A model generated the notes under the pieces. That model did no database searches. It was not told where the DNA came from and was given only the letters and a program-made list of their open reading frames with translations. 64,000 nt of DNA from positions 800,001 to 864,000 of the forward strand of contig CAWCNY010000003.1 of NCBI GenBank assembly GCA_963797095.1. The letters run 5' to 3'. This document shows, one piece after another, positions 30,434 to 40,374 of the stretch. Position 1 is the stretch's first letter. Every line of letters starts with the position of its first letter. The DNA is from an uncultured Chloroflexia bacterium. GTDB taxonomy: Bacteria > Chloroflexota > Chloroflexia > QHBQ01 > JADMIH01. The translations under genes and the position numbers were made by a program.

Positions 30434-31846
30434 ATGGCAGTAATAAGCAGACAAATGAAAGGGCAAAGCCAGCTAAGCGACGCGGCAATCCAGGACCTCA
30501 AGATCCGGTTGCGCGGTCAGTTGATCGGGCCGGACGACCCGGAGTATGACGCCGCACGCCGCATCTACAACGCCATGATCGACAAATATCCGCGCCTGAT
30601 CGCCCGCTGTCAGGACGTGGCTGATGTTGTCGCCGCCGTCAACTTCGGTCGCGACAACCGGCTCCCCATCGCCATCCGGGGCGGCGGCCACAACGGCCCC
30701 GGCCTGGCTCTCGTAGACGATGGGCTGGTGATCGACCTCTCGAACATGAAGGGGATTTACGTCGATCAAGCGGAGCGCGTCGTGCGCGTTGAAGGCGGCT
30801 GCCTGTGGGGCGATGTCGATCACGCCACCCACCCGTTCGGCATGGCGGTGCCGAGCGGCTTCATCTCCACCACAGGCGTGGGCGGCCTCACCCTCGGCGG
30901 TGGAGTCGGCTACCTCACACGCAAGTATGGCCTCACTATCGACAACCTGCTGGCGGTCGATATAGTACTGGCCGATGGGCGGATCGTGACCGCCAGCGCC
31001 AATGAAAACGCCGACCTCTTCTGGGCCGTGCGCGGTGGAGGAGGCAACTTCGGGGTTGTCGCCTCCTTCCTCTTCAGGCTGAGCCCCGTCAGCATGGTTT
31101 ACGGTGGTCCCATATTCTGGCCGCTGGAGAAAGCGGACATCGTCATGAGGCGCTGGCGCGATCTCATCATGTCCGCACCGGGGGAGCTTAACGGCTGGTT
31201 CGGCTTCCACTATGTGCCGCCTGTGCCGATGTTCCCCCAGGAACACCATTTCAAGAAGGTGTGTATAGTCTCCTGGTGCTATACAGGCGATATGGACCGC
31301 GCGGAGGAGGTTTTCAAGCCGATCCGCGAGTTCGAGACGCCGCTCATGGACTTCGCGGGGCCCATCCCCTGGCCTGCGCTCCAGAGCCTGTACGACGCGC
31401 TCTACCCGGCGGGCTTGCAGTGGTACTGGCGCACCGACTTCGTCAATGAGCTGAGCGATCAGGCCATTGAGACGCATCTGAAGTACGCGGACCAGTTGCC
31501 GACCGGGCACTCGACCATGCACCTCTATCCGATCAACGGGGCTGCACACCAGGTCGGGCCGGATCAGACGGCGTGGAGCTACAGGGATGCGAACTTCGTA
31601 GAGGTGATCGTGGGGGTTGACCCCGACCCTGCCAACAATAGTCGCATGACTCAGTGGGCCAGGGATTACTGGGACGCCCTGCACCCCTACTCGGCGGGCG
31701 GGGCCTACGTGAACATGATGATGGATGAAGGCGAGGAGCGAGTGAAGGCGGCTTATCGCGACAATTACGGGCGGCTGGTCGAGGTCAAGAACAAATACGA
31801 CCCGTCCAACCTGTTCCACGTGAACCAGAACATCAAGCCGTCCTGA
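30434..31846 (+). CDS. FAD-binding oxidoreductase, berberine-bridge-enzyme/VAO family
   Basis: RGGGHN, TGVGGLTLGGG, DLFWAVRGGGGNFGVV, YVN and KNKYDPSNLF motifs. Confidence 0.94.
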   Translation: MAVISRQMKGQSQLSDAAIQDLKIRLRGQLIGPDDPEYDAARRIYNAMIDKYPRLIARCQDVADVVAAVNFGRDNRLPIAIRGGGHNGPGLALVDDGLVIDLSNMKGIYVDQAERVVRVEGGCLWGDVDHATHPFGMAVPSGFISTTGVGGLTLGGGVGYLTRKYGLTIDNLLAVDIVLADGRIVTASANENADLFWAVRGGGGNFGVVASFLFRLSPVSMVYGGPIFWPLEKADIVMRRWRDLIMSAPGELNGWFGFHYVPPVPMFPQEHHFKKVCIVSWCYTGDMDRAEEVFKPIREFETPLMDFAGPIPWPALQSLYDALYPAGLQWYWRTDFVNELSDQAIETHLKYADQLPTGHSTMHLYPINGAAHQVGPDQTAWSYRDANFVEVIVGVDPDPANNSRMTQWARDYWDALHPYSAGGAYVNMMMDEGEERVKAAYRDNYGRLVEVKNKYDPSNLFHVNQNIKPS

Positions 31847-31869
31847 GGCCAGGAAGCGAATAGAGCAGG

Positions 31870-32628
31870 TTAGCTACCTTTCCGGCTCAAGTGGCCGCCG
31901 CCGCGCCCGTGGCGTGCGGCCACAACCTCGGCCATGATGGCGAGGGCGATCTCGGCGGGTGTCTGCGCGCCTATGTCCAGTCCGATAGGCGCGTGGACCC
32001 GCGCCAGTTGCTCGGCTGTAAAGCCCATCTCACGCAGAGCCTCTTCTCTCTGGCGAATCGTCCCACAACTCCCGATGGCCCCGATATATCGCGCCTCCGA
32101 GTTGAGCGCGGCGGCGAGCGCGGGGTGGTCGAACTTCGGGTCGTGGGCCAGCACCACCACCGAACTGCTGGCGTCCAGCCCCAGCCTCTCCATCGCCTCA
32201 TCGGGCCACTCGGCGAGCACTTCGTCCGCCACCGGGAACCGCTCTTTTGTAGCCAGCATGCCGCGCGCATCTATCACCGTGACGTGGTAGCCAAGCAGGC
32301 GGCCAAGCGTATGCAGCGGTATGGCGATGTGCACCGCTCCCACTATGATCAGGCGCAGGGGCGGCGGGAAAGTCTCGATGAACACCTCCAGCGTCTCGCC
32401 CCCTAATTCGTAGGAAAGCGTGCCGCTGCGCCCCTCAGCGAGCATGGAGAGAGCATCCTCGGCTATGCGAGTGTCAAGGTCGGGGTGGATGCTGCCCGTA
32501 GTTTGCCTTTCCCCACCGCCCTCCACGAGCATCTTAGCCCCCATGTGGGGCGGCGTTAGCGCGGTAGAGAGGGCTACGGGCTTATTCGCCTTGACCAATT
32601 CCATCAGCAGTGAATGGATCCCTGGCAT
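31870..32628 (-). CDS. XdhC/CoxF family accessory protein (C-terminal Rossmann part)
   Basis: LIIVGAVHIA, HDPKFD, YIGAIGS and PIGLDIGAQTPAEIALAI. Start at MPGIH (alternative TTG 32643). Confidence 0.88.
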   Translation of the reverse strand: MPGIHSLLMELVKANKPVALSTALTPPHMGAKMLVEGGGERQTTGSIHPDLDTRIAEDALSMLAEGRSGTLSYELGGETLEVFIETFPPPLRLIIVGAVHIAIPLHTLGRLLGYHVTVIDARGMLATKERFPVADEVLAEWPDEAMERLGLDASSSVVVLAHDPKFDHPALAAALNSEARYIGAIGSCGTIRQREEALREMGFTAEQLARVHAPIGLDIGAQTPAEIALAIMAEVVAARHGRGGGHLSRKGS

Positions 32629-32643
32629 ATCTTTAGTTCCCAA

Positions 32644-32976
32644 CTACCACTCTACCGGCTCCACCAGCACGCTGATAGTGCCGCCGCACGACAGGCCAAC
32701 ATCGGTCAGCATATCGGCGGTAATGCCGTACTGCAGCAGCGCGGGCTTACCCGTCCGAAGCACGCGCAACGCCTCCTCCAGCACCGCACCCTCCACGCAA
32801 CCCCCGCTCACCGAGCCTGCAAGCTCGCCCGCGTCGGACACCACCATCTTGGCCCCTTCATGCCTGGGAGCCGTGCCCACAACGCGCACAACTGTGGCGA
32901 CCGCCACCTTCTTCCCCTCGGACCGCCACTGCTCGATCACGGGTAAAAGTTCGTTCTTCAATGTGTCAGTTTCCAT
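32644..32976 (-). CDS. XdhC/CoxI N-terminal domain protein
   Basis: ATVVRVVGTAPR..GAKM, GSVSGGCVE and GLSCGGTI.V.VEP. Confidence 0.9.
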   Translation of the reverse strand: METDTLKNELLPVIEQWRSEGKKVAVATVVRVVGTAPRHEGAKMVVSDAGELAGSVSGGCVEGAVLEEALRVLRTGKPALLQYGITADMLTDVGLSCGGTISVLVEPVEW

Positions 32977-32988
32977 GTTCTAGCTCCT

Positions 32989-33063
32989 GGTAGTCGGTAG
33001 CCGGTAGCCGGTAGTCGGTAGCCGGAGGGCTATATACTCGCCACTCGTCACTCGTCACTCGAC
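32989..33063. repeat. Heptamer arrays: (GGTAGYC)5 and (ACTCGNC)4
   Basis: Arrays at 32989-33023 and 33036-33063; the second contains the coxE stop codon. Confidence 0.9.
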
Positions 33064-34340
33064 ACCCTCTGCCGACGGTCGGGCCGGGCATTCGCATCCA
33101 GGCTGCTCAACAACTGGGCCAAAGCCTGCAAGCTCGCCAGATCGTGCGCCGGTAGGAGGTGGTCCACATAGCGAATTGCCGTCACTATACCCCTCGTGAG
33201 CGGCTGGTAGCTCTGGCTGCCCATAAGAGGGTTGAGCCAGATCAGGCGGAAGGCCGTGCGCTGCAAACGGCCCATCTCGGCTGCGAGCAGGTCGGGGTCG
33301 CCCCTGTCCCAGCCATCGCTGATAATGCACACGATCGCGCCCTGTCCCAGCACTCGGCGCGCCCATTGCGTATTGAAAGCGTGTATCGCCTCGCCGATAC
33401 GTGTGCCTCCCGACCAGTCTACCACCTTCCGGCCCACCTGCGCCAGCGCCTGGTCAACGTCGCGCACGCGCAACTGGCGCGTCACTCTCGTGAGGCGGGT
33501 ACCGAACAAAAACACCTCCACGTGGCCCACTTCCCGCCTCACCGTATGCATGAAATAAAGGAGCGCGCGTGTGTACGAGGCCATCGAGCCGCTTATATCG
33601 CACAGCAGCACCAGTGGCCTCGCCCTGCGACGCGGCCCCTTCATGGCGAGGGTGTATGGCACACCTCCGGTGCGCATCGCACGCCGCATGGTGCGTGAAA
33701 CGTCGAGACGCGACCCACGTTTAGCCGCCGCCAGCCGTCGCGTACGTCGTTGGGCGGACGTCCAGTTCCACCCCGCCATAATCGCCCTCGCCGAGGCCAG
33801 CTCTTCCTCGCTGAATTTGGCGAAGTCGAGATGGCGCAGCCGCTCCTCCGCGCTGTACAGAAGGGCGCGTTCCAACCGCCTCTCCTCCTCCGCATCACCG
33901 TCCAGGCTCTCGTCCCCATCGTCCCCCATATCAACAAGCGTCACGCGCTCAACCGCCGGCAGGGTCCGCGAAGCAGCGGGTTGCCTGCCATTGTTAGCGG
34001 GTTGAATTCTGAGGGGTGGGTGCTGGGGTGTCCGCGGCTCTCGTTGCGAGCGGCTTTCGGAGGGAAGCACGAGATGGCGGTTCGGACCCCAGAATTGATG
34101 GTACGCCCGGTCGAAGCGTAGCAAATCTCCCTTGCACGAGCAGAGAGTAGCGCGCGCCGCGAAATATACGCTGTCGCGGTCGCTCAGACTGAGCATCGGC
34201 AAGGCACGCAGCAGGTCGCGTATCTGGCCGGGTTTGACCTCAACCCCATCGCGCCGCAGCACCCGCCCAAACGCTACCCACCTGCGGGCGAGTCTACCGC
34301 CTAATGCTGCTATCTGCTCGTTGTCAACCGCCGTTATCAT
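33048..34340 (-). CDS. coxE: CoxE-like vWA domain protein
   Basis: YSAEERL, LCDISGSM MIDAS, FLFGTRLT, WSGGTRIG, ISDGWDRG, WLNPL; adjacent to coxMSL. Confidence 0.88.
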   Translation of the reverse strand: MITAVDNEQIAALGGRLARRWVAFGRVLRRDGVEVKPGQIRDLLRALPMLSLSDRDSVYFAARATLCSCKGDLLRFDRAYHQFWGPNRHLVLPSESRSQREPRTPQHPPLRIQPANNGRQPAASRTLPAVERVTLVDMGDDGDESLDGDAEEERRLERALLYSAEERLRHLDFAKFSEEELASARAIMAGWNWTSAQRRTRRLAAAKRGSRLDVSRTMRRAMRTGGVPYTLAMKGPRRRARPLVLLCDISGSMASYTRALLYFMHTVRREVGHVEVFLFGTRLTRVTRQLRVRDVDQALAQVGRKVVDWSGGTRIGEAIHAFNTQWARRVLGQGAIVCIISDGWDRGDPDLLAAEMGRLQRTAFRLIWLNPLMGSQSYQPLTRGIVTAIRYVDHLLPAHDLASLQALAQLLSSLDANARPDRRQRVSSDE

Positions 34341-34470
34341 GGATCGGTGGTCAGTAGTCGGTACTTTGAACTATGAATTGGGAACCGGGAACCGGCAACT
34401 CTGCCTTACCCATTTTCATTATGCGCCAGAAACATGAAAATGGGAAGAGACAAACCTTTCTGTCTCCATC

Positions 34471-34499
34471 TTGACACGCACATGTGTGGGTGATACAAT
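34471..34499 (+). promoter_or_regulatory. Sigma70-type promoter upstream of coxMSL
   Basis: TTGACA (34471-76), 17 bp, TACAAT (34494-99) with extended TG; imperfect palindrome centred on CACATGTG. Confidence 0.65.
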
Positions 34500-34902
34500 C
34501 CTTCACACAGGCACTCTATCAGAACGAATATTGAGCATTGGTGCACCCCCGAAGCTGTGTTGAGCGGTTCCAGTAGTAAAACGATTCATATGCAGGGGTC
34601 TGGTTTCCCGGTCTCTGCGTTTGCTTTCTCGGATCACCGGCATCGTTTCACCCTCCCACAGCATCCAGCGCCACGTTAGCTGCAAACACTCTGGTGTTTG
34701 CGGTAAGCCAATGGTTCGATCCAGGTCAGAGACCCAAGCCCGCAATATTTCACAAGGGACGCCCTCACCGGTTCCTGGCCTGGTATATAGAGCACCTGCA
34801 GCGTAGAACCCGCCCCGGGATTCCTGGTTACCGGTCGTTCGCGGATGCCTGGCAACCAACAACTTAATTGACCACAATGAAGTGAAACTAAGGAGATCAT
34901 GG

Positions 34903-35778
34903 ATGATTCCACCTACGTTCGACTACATTGTACCCCAGTCCCTCTCTGAAGCGGTGGCGCTCCTGGAGCAAAACCCGGACGCCAAGGTGCTGGCCGGCGG
35001 CCACAGCCTCATCCCTTTGATGAAGTTCAGGTTGGCCACGCCCGCTTTGCTCGTTGATATCAATAAGATCGACGGGCTGGATTACATCCGCGAGGAGGAC
35101 GGCTGGCTCAAGATCGGCACGCTGGCCCGCGAGGTCGACCTCGACCGCTCCGACCTGGTGCGCGATAAATACCCACTCCTGGCCGATACGACCAGGATGA
35201 TCGCCGACCCGCTGGTGCGCAACCTGGCGACGGTGGGCGGCAACCTGGCCCACGCCGACCCCGCCAACGACCACCCGGCCACCATGCTAGCTTACGGCGC
35301 GCAGGTGGTGGCGGTGGGCCCCAACGGCGAGCGCGTTATCCCGATAGAGGGCTTCTTCGAAGGCCTCTTCCAGACCAGCCTCGCCCACGAAGAAGTGCTG
35401 ACCGAGATCCGCATCCCCGCCCCCAGGAGCCGCAGCGGCGGGGCCTACGTGAAGATCGAGCGCAAAGTCGGCGATTTCGCCACCGTCGCCGTCGCCGTGC
35501 AGCTAACCCTCGATGCAGACGGCAACTGCGAATCGGTAGGCATCGGCCTGACCAATGTCGGCGACACCCCCATCAAGGCCACCCAAGCCGAAAACGCGCT
35601 TAAGGGCAAACCCCTCACCGACGACGACGTGAAGCTGGCCGCGCAGCTGGCCGCCGAAGCCGCCGAGCCTGCGGGCGACCAGCGAGGCTCTGAAGAATAT
35701 AAGCGCGCCCTGATCAGGACGCTCACCGTCCGCGCCTTACGCATGGCCGCGGCACGGGCAACAGGACAAGGAGAGTAG
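34903..35778 (+). CDS. coxM: Aerobic CO dehydrogenase medium (FAD) subunit
   Basis: AGGHSLIPLMKFR, RNLATVGGNLAH and ERKVGDFA motifs; AGGAG RBS. Confidence 0.93.
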   Translation: MIPPTFDYIVPQSLSEAVALLEQNPDAKVLAGGHSLIPLMKFRLATPALLVDINKIDGLDYIREEDGWLKIGTLAREVDLDRSDLVRDKYPLLADTTRMIADPLVRNLATVGGNLAHADPANDHPATMLAYGAQVVAVGPNGERVIPIEGFFEGLFQTSLAHEEVLTEIRIPAPRSRSGGAYVKIERKVGDFATVAVAVQLTLDADGNCESVGIGLTNVGDTPIKATQAENALKGKPLTDDDVKLAAQLAAEAAEPAGDQRGSEEYKRALIRTLTVRALRMAAARATGQGE

Positions 35779-35784
35779 GCCAGC

Positions 35785-36282
<498 letters not shown>

Positions 36283-36300
36283 AGAAAAGCGGAGGACTAT

Positions 36301-38649
36301 ATGACGGCAATTAACGGATTGGGGCACAGCCTCAAGCGAAAAGAGGACCCACGCTTCATTCAAGGCAAAGGTAATTACATCGACGATCTCAAGCTGCCGG
36401 GGATGCTGTACATGGATATCGTCCGCAGCCCCTACGCCCATGCCAGGATCACCAATATTAACAGTGAGAACGCGCTCAAAGTGCCGGGCGTGCTCGCCGT
36501 GATCACGGGCAAAGACCTGGACCACTACGGCCTGGCCTGGATGCCCACGCTGATGAGCGACAGGCAGATGGTGCTGCCAATTGACACTGTGAAGTACCAG
36601 TCGCAGGAGGTAGCAGCGGTGATCGCCACCAGCCGCTACGCGGCAGCCGATGGCGTGGCGGCGGTGGAAGTCGACTACGAGCCGCTGCCGGTGGTGGTGG
36701 ACCCGAAGAAGGCGCTTGAGCCGGGAGCCACCAAAGTACGCGATGACAAGGAGAGCAACCATATCTGGCACTGGGAGGTTGGCGACAAAGCGGCAACCGA
36801 CCAGGCCTTCGAGGAGGCCGAGGTCACGGTCAAGCAGGACATCTACATCCCGCGCATCCACGTCGCCTCTATCGAGACGTGCGGCTGCGTGGCAAGCTGG
36901 GACCCTATAGATGCCAGGCTCACGATGTACATGACGACCCAGGCCCCCCACGCTATCCGCACCGTCATAGCGCTGGTGGCCGGGCACCTGGGCCTCTCCG
37001 AGCAGAATATCCGCGTCATTTCGCCCGATATCGGTGGGGGCTTCGGCGGCAAAGTGCCCGTCTATCCTGGCTACGTGATCGCGATAGCGGCCTCAGTCCT
37101 TACGGGCAAGCCGGTCAAGTGGATCGAAGACCGCTCGGAGAACCTGCAAGCCGATTCATTCGCCCGCGACTACCATATCACCGCCGAAGTCGCAGGCAAG
37201 AAGGACGGCACGCTCACAGCCGTGCGCGTCAAGACGATTGCAGACCACGGCTACAGCGACGCTGCCGCCAACCCGTCCAAGTTCCCTGCCGGTCTCTTCC
37301 ACGTCTGCACAGGCTCCTACGGCTTCAAAAATGCCTTTGTAGAGGTGGACGGCGTGTATACCAACAAGCCGCCGGGAGGCGTTGCCTACAGGTGCTCGTT
37401 CCGTATCACCGAAGCCGTGCACACCATAGAAGTCATGGTCGACCGCATGGCCCACGAACTGGGCATGGACCCGGCGGAGTTCCGCGAAAAGAACTTCATC
37501 AAGCCGGAACAGTTCCCTTATGTAACTGCGCTGGGCTGGGAATACGACAGCGGCAACTACGGCGGGGCATTGCACAAGGCGATGGACATGATCGGCTACG
37601 AGGATCTGCGAAGAGAGCAGGCCGAGAAGCGCGAGCGCGGCGAGCTAATGGGGATCGGGATTTCATCGTTCACCGAGGCGGTGGGGGCCGGGCCTTCCCA
37701 CACCTTCGATATCCTCGGGCTGAAGATGTTCGATTCGGCTGAAATCCGTATCCACCCAACCGGCAAGGCCATTGCCCGCTTCGGCACAAAGTCGCAGGGC
37801 CAGGGACATGAGACGACCTACGCCCAGATCATCGCTCAAGAGTTGGGCATACCGGCCACCGACATCAGGGTAGAGGAAGGCGACACCGATACCGCCCCTT
37901 ATGGCCTGGGCACATACGCATCGAGAAGCACCCCCACGGCAGGCGCGGCAGGGGCGATGGCTGCCCGCAAGATCCGCGACAAAGCCAAGAAGATCGCCGC
38001 GCACCTGCTGGAGGCCGCCGAGGAAGATCTGGTGTGGGAGGAGAACAGGTTCTACGTGAAAGGTTCCCCCGAACACTCCAAGACGATCCAGGAGATCGCC
38101 TTCGCCGCCTACACCAACCACCCACAGGGGATGGAAGCAGGGCTTGAGGCCGTGTCATACTACGACCCGCCCAACCTCACCTATCCCTTCGGCTCGTACA
38201 TCTGCGTGGTGGACATAGACAGGGGCACCGGAGAGGTCAAGATCAGGCGCTTCGTGGCCGTGGACGACTGCGGCGTTCGCATCAACCCCATGATCGTTGA
38301 AGGCCAGATCCACGGCGGCCTGACGATGGGTATCGCGCCCACGCTATACGAGCAAATCACTTACGACGACGACGGCAACATGTACGGCGGCACGTTCATG
38401 GACTACCTCTTGCCGACCGCCGTCGAAACCCCGAAGTGGGAAGTGGGCGAGACGGTTACACCATGCCCGCACCACCCGCAGGGCGCGAAGGGCGTGGGCG
38501 AATCGGCCACCGTCGGCGCGCCCGCTGCCGTGGTAAACGCGGTGGTTGACGCCATGTGGCACCTCGGCGTGCGCAACATCGACATCCCCATGACCGCCCC
38601 CAAGGTATGGGCCCTCCTGAAAGAAAAGGGAGCAGCACTGGAGGAATGA
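36301..38649 (+). CDS. coxL: Aerobic CO dehydrogenase large subunit, form I (Mo-Cu)
   Basis: Form I active-site motif VAYRCSFR; also [22 protein letters not shown] and AKGVGES. Confidence 0.96.
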   Translation: MTAINGLGHSLKRKEDPRFIQGKGNYIDDLKLPGMLYMDIVRSPYAHARITNINSENALKVPGVLAVITGKDLDHYGLAWMPTLMSDRQMVLPIDTVKYQSQEVAAVIATSRYAAADGVAAVEVDYEPLPVVVDPKKALEPGATKVRDDKESNHIWHWEVGDKAATDQAFEEAEVTVKQDIYIPRIHVASIETCGCVASWDPIDARLTMYMTTQAPHAIRTVIALVAGHLGLSEQNIRVISPDIGGGFGGKVPVYPGYVIAIAASVLTGKPVKWIEDRSENLQADSFARDYHITAEVAGKKDGTLTAVRVKTIADHGYSDAAANPSKFPAGLFHVCTGSYGFKNAFVEVDGVYTNKPPGGVAYRCSFRITEAVHTIEVMVDRMAHELGMDPAEFREKNFIKPEQFPYVTALGWEYDSGNYGGALHKAMDMIGYEDLRREQAEKRERGELMGIGISSFTEAVGAGPSHTFDILGLKMFDSAEIRIHPTGKAIARFGTKSQGQGHETTYAQIIAQELGIPATDIRVEEGDTDTAPYGLGTYASRSTPTAGAAGAMAARKIRDKAKKIAAHLLEAAEEDLVWEENRFYVKGSPEHSKTIQEIAFAAYTNHPQGMEAGLEAVSYYDPPNLTYPFGSYICVVDIDRGTGEVKIRRFVAVDDCGVRINPMIVEGQIHGGLTMGIAPTLYEQITYDDDGNMYGGTFMDYLLPTAVETPKWEVGETVTPCPHHPQGAKGVGESATVGAPAAVVNAVVDAMWHLGVRNIDIPMTAPKVWALLKEKGAALEE

Positions 38650-38656
38650 GTTGTTA

Positions 38657-38719
38657 GTAGCCGGTAGTCGGAGTTCCAAGTTCCTGGTTCCGGCTACCGG
38701 CTACCGGCTACCGGCTACC
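38657..38719. repeat. Inverted heptamer arrays between coxL and coxF
   Basis: GTAGCCGGTAGTCGGA ... (CCGGCTA)4 at 38690-38717; the two are mutually complementary. Confidence 0.85.
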
Positions 38720-38720
38720 A

Positions 38721-39764
38721 ATGAACAACGATCTACTAGAGCGTGCCTCCGAGCTCAACCGCACAGGCGTAGCGTTCGCCCTGGCCACCGTAGTTCGCGC
38801 CGAGAAGCCGACCTCGGCCAAGCCCGGCGCGAACGCTATCATCACCGGCGACGGCTCACTCACCGGCTGGGTGGGGGGCAGTTGCACCGAGCACACGGTC
38901 CTCAGCCAGGCCCGCAAGGCCCTGCGCGACGGCCAGCCGCGCCTGGTGCGTATGTGCCCGCCCGAAAAGCTCGGCATCGCGCCTCAAGAGGGCGTGATCG
39001 AGGTGGTGCTCACCTGCGCCAGCGGAGGTACCCTGGAAGTGTACATCGAGCCGCACCTGCCCAGGCCGCAACTTGTGATCATCGGCCACCTGCCCGTTGC
39101 TTATGCTCTTGCCCGCCTCGGCTCAGGTCTCGGCTACGAGGTCAGCGTGATGGGCTTGGAGGTTTCGCCGGGCCACTTCGCCGGGGTCGATCACGTGAAG
39201 GTATTCGACGGCCTCGACTTTTCGCAGCTCAAGGCAATCCCCCAGACCCACATAGTCGTGGCGTCTCACGGCAACTACGACGAAGAGGGATTGCAATGGG
39301 CCCTCGCGAGCGATGCAACCTATATCGCGCTCGTCGCCAGCCGCAAGCGCGCCGAGAGCGTGGTGCAATACCTGCGCGAGGCAGGAGTGCCCACCGACCG
39401 CCTGGCCCACCTCAAGTTCCCTGCCGGCCTGGACATCGGCGCGGTTACGCCCGAAGAGATAGCCTTGAGCATCCTCGCCGAGATCGTGCAGGTGCGCCAT
39501 CAGAAACACGAACAGGAGCCGGGCGCCCAACGTGAGCACGCAATCGAGCGCCATGACTATCACGAGCACCACCAACACCATGAGCAGCAGGAACAGCCCG
39601 AACAGGACGAAGCCATCGACCCGGTATGCGGCATGACCGTGCAGATCGCCACCACCCGCTACAAATCAGACTACGCAGGCCAGACCTATTACTTTTGCGC
39701 ACCAGGCTGCAAACGGTCGTTCGACAAAGACCCGGACAAATACCTGGTGACGAGTGACGAGTGA
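38721..39764 (+). CDS. coxF: XdhC/CoxF family protein with His-rich linker and C-terminal YHS domain
   Basis: GWVGGSCT, TCASGG and PAGLDIGA.TPEEIALSI. Linker HDYHEHHQHHE, then DPVCGM...YYFCAPGCKRSF. Confidence 0.85.
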   Translation: MNNDLLERASELNRTGVAFALATVVRAEKPTSAKPGANAIITGDGSLTGWVGGSCTEHTVLSQARKALRDGQPRLVRMCPPEKLGIAPQEGVIEVVLTCASGGTLEVYIEPHLPRPQLVIIGHLPVAYALARLGSGLGYEVSVMGLEVSPGHFAGVDHVKVFDGLDFSQLKAIPQTHIVVASHGNYDEEGLQWALASDATYIALVASRKRAESVVQYLREAGVPTDRLAHLKFPAGLDIGAVTPEEIALSILAEIVQVRHQKHEQEPGAQREHAIERHDYHEHHQHHEQQEQPEQDEAIDPVCGMTVQIATTRYKSDYAGQTYYFCAPGCKRSFDKDPDKYLVTSDE

Positions 39765-39882
39765 CGAGTGACGAGTGACGAGTGACGAGTAGCGAGTAGC
39801 GAGTATTTAGCCCGAAGATCCGACTACCGACTACCGACTACCGACTACCGGCAACTTGGAACTTGGAACTTGGAACTTGGAA
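39747..39882. repeat. Compound heptamer tract: (GTGACGA)6(GTAGCGA)2 ... (CCGACTA)4 CCGGCAA (CTTGGAA)4
   Basis: Read directly; the first array encodes VTSDE* of coxF. Confidence 0.95.
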
Positions 39883-39921
39883 CCAGCACCTAGCGTCCTT
39901 AGTCCGCCCACGGGAGGGGGA

Positions 39922-40368
39922 ATGCAACACTTTGAAGGCACAGTAAACATCAAGGCAACGCGGGCCGAGGTATGGGCGTTCCTCATGGACCCATACCGGG
40001 TCGGCCAGTGCATGCCGGGCGTAGAATCGGTTGAAGTCGAGGACGGCGACCGGAAGTTCCGCGCCGTCGCCGCTATCGGCTTTGGCACGGTCAAAGCGCG
40101 CTTCAAGGGCGACGCGGAATTTACCGAGATCGAAGAGCCGAACTGGGCAACGCTGAAGGCTCACGGCAACGCACCCGGCAGCGCTATGGATGTGGTGAGC
40201 CTGATGCAACTGTCCGACGGGCCGGATGGTACGATCGTGTTGAATTGGAGCGCCGACATAACCGTACTGGGCACATTGGCAAGCCTTGCCGCCCGCCTCA
40301 TGGGCGGCATCACAAAGAAGCTTTCCAACGAGTTTTTCAACTGTTTCAAGAAGAAGATCGAAGCGTAA
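39922..40368 (+). CDS. coxG: CO dehydrogenase subunit G (SRPBCC family)
   Basis: VWAFLMDP..VGQCMPG and GTLASLAARLM...FF. GGGAGG RBS; position in the cox cluster. Confidence 0.88.
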   Translation: MQHFEGTVNIKATRAEVWAFLMDPYRVGQCMPGVESVEVEDGDRKFRAVAAIGFGTVKARFKGDAEFTEIEEPNWATLKAHGNAPGSAMDVVSLMQLSDGPDGTIVLNWSADITVLGTLASLAARLMGGITKKLSNEFFNCFKKKIEA

Positions 40369-40374
40369 CATACT

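Noticed and set aside
30473-31819. 448-aa antisense ORF, and similar ones at 14158-15174, 35737-36987, 42195-43376, 51195-52613 and 61467-62555
   Set aside because: They lie opposite well-supported genes, have no recognisable motifs, and are expected from high-GC codon bias.
32644-32646. Pyrrolysine recoding of the in-frame TAG
   Set aside because: No pyl genes are visible and XdhC proteins are not known Pyl proteins; fission or a nonsense mutation is simpler.
34500-34902. Moco riboswitch in the cox leader, and c-di-GMP riboswitch at 12290-12630
   Set aside because: I could not match the conserved cores by eye; kept only as unassigned leader candidates.
36301-38649. Xanthine dehydrogenase or form II CoxL
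   Set aside because: The active-site loop is AYRCSFR (form I), not AYRGAGR.
38651-39535. 294-aa alternative-frame ORF, and the N-terminal extension of coxG from 39856
   Set aside because: Their N-termini are translations of heptamer arrays (PATGYRL, LGTWNLE); the true genes start at 38721 and 39922.
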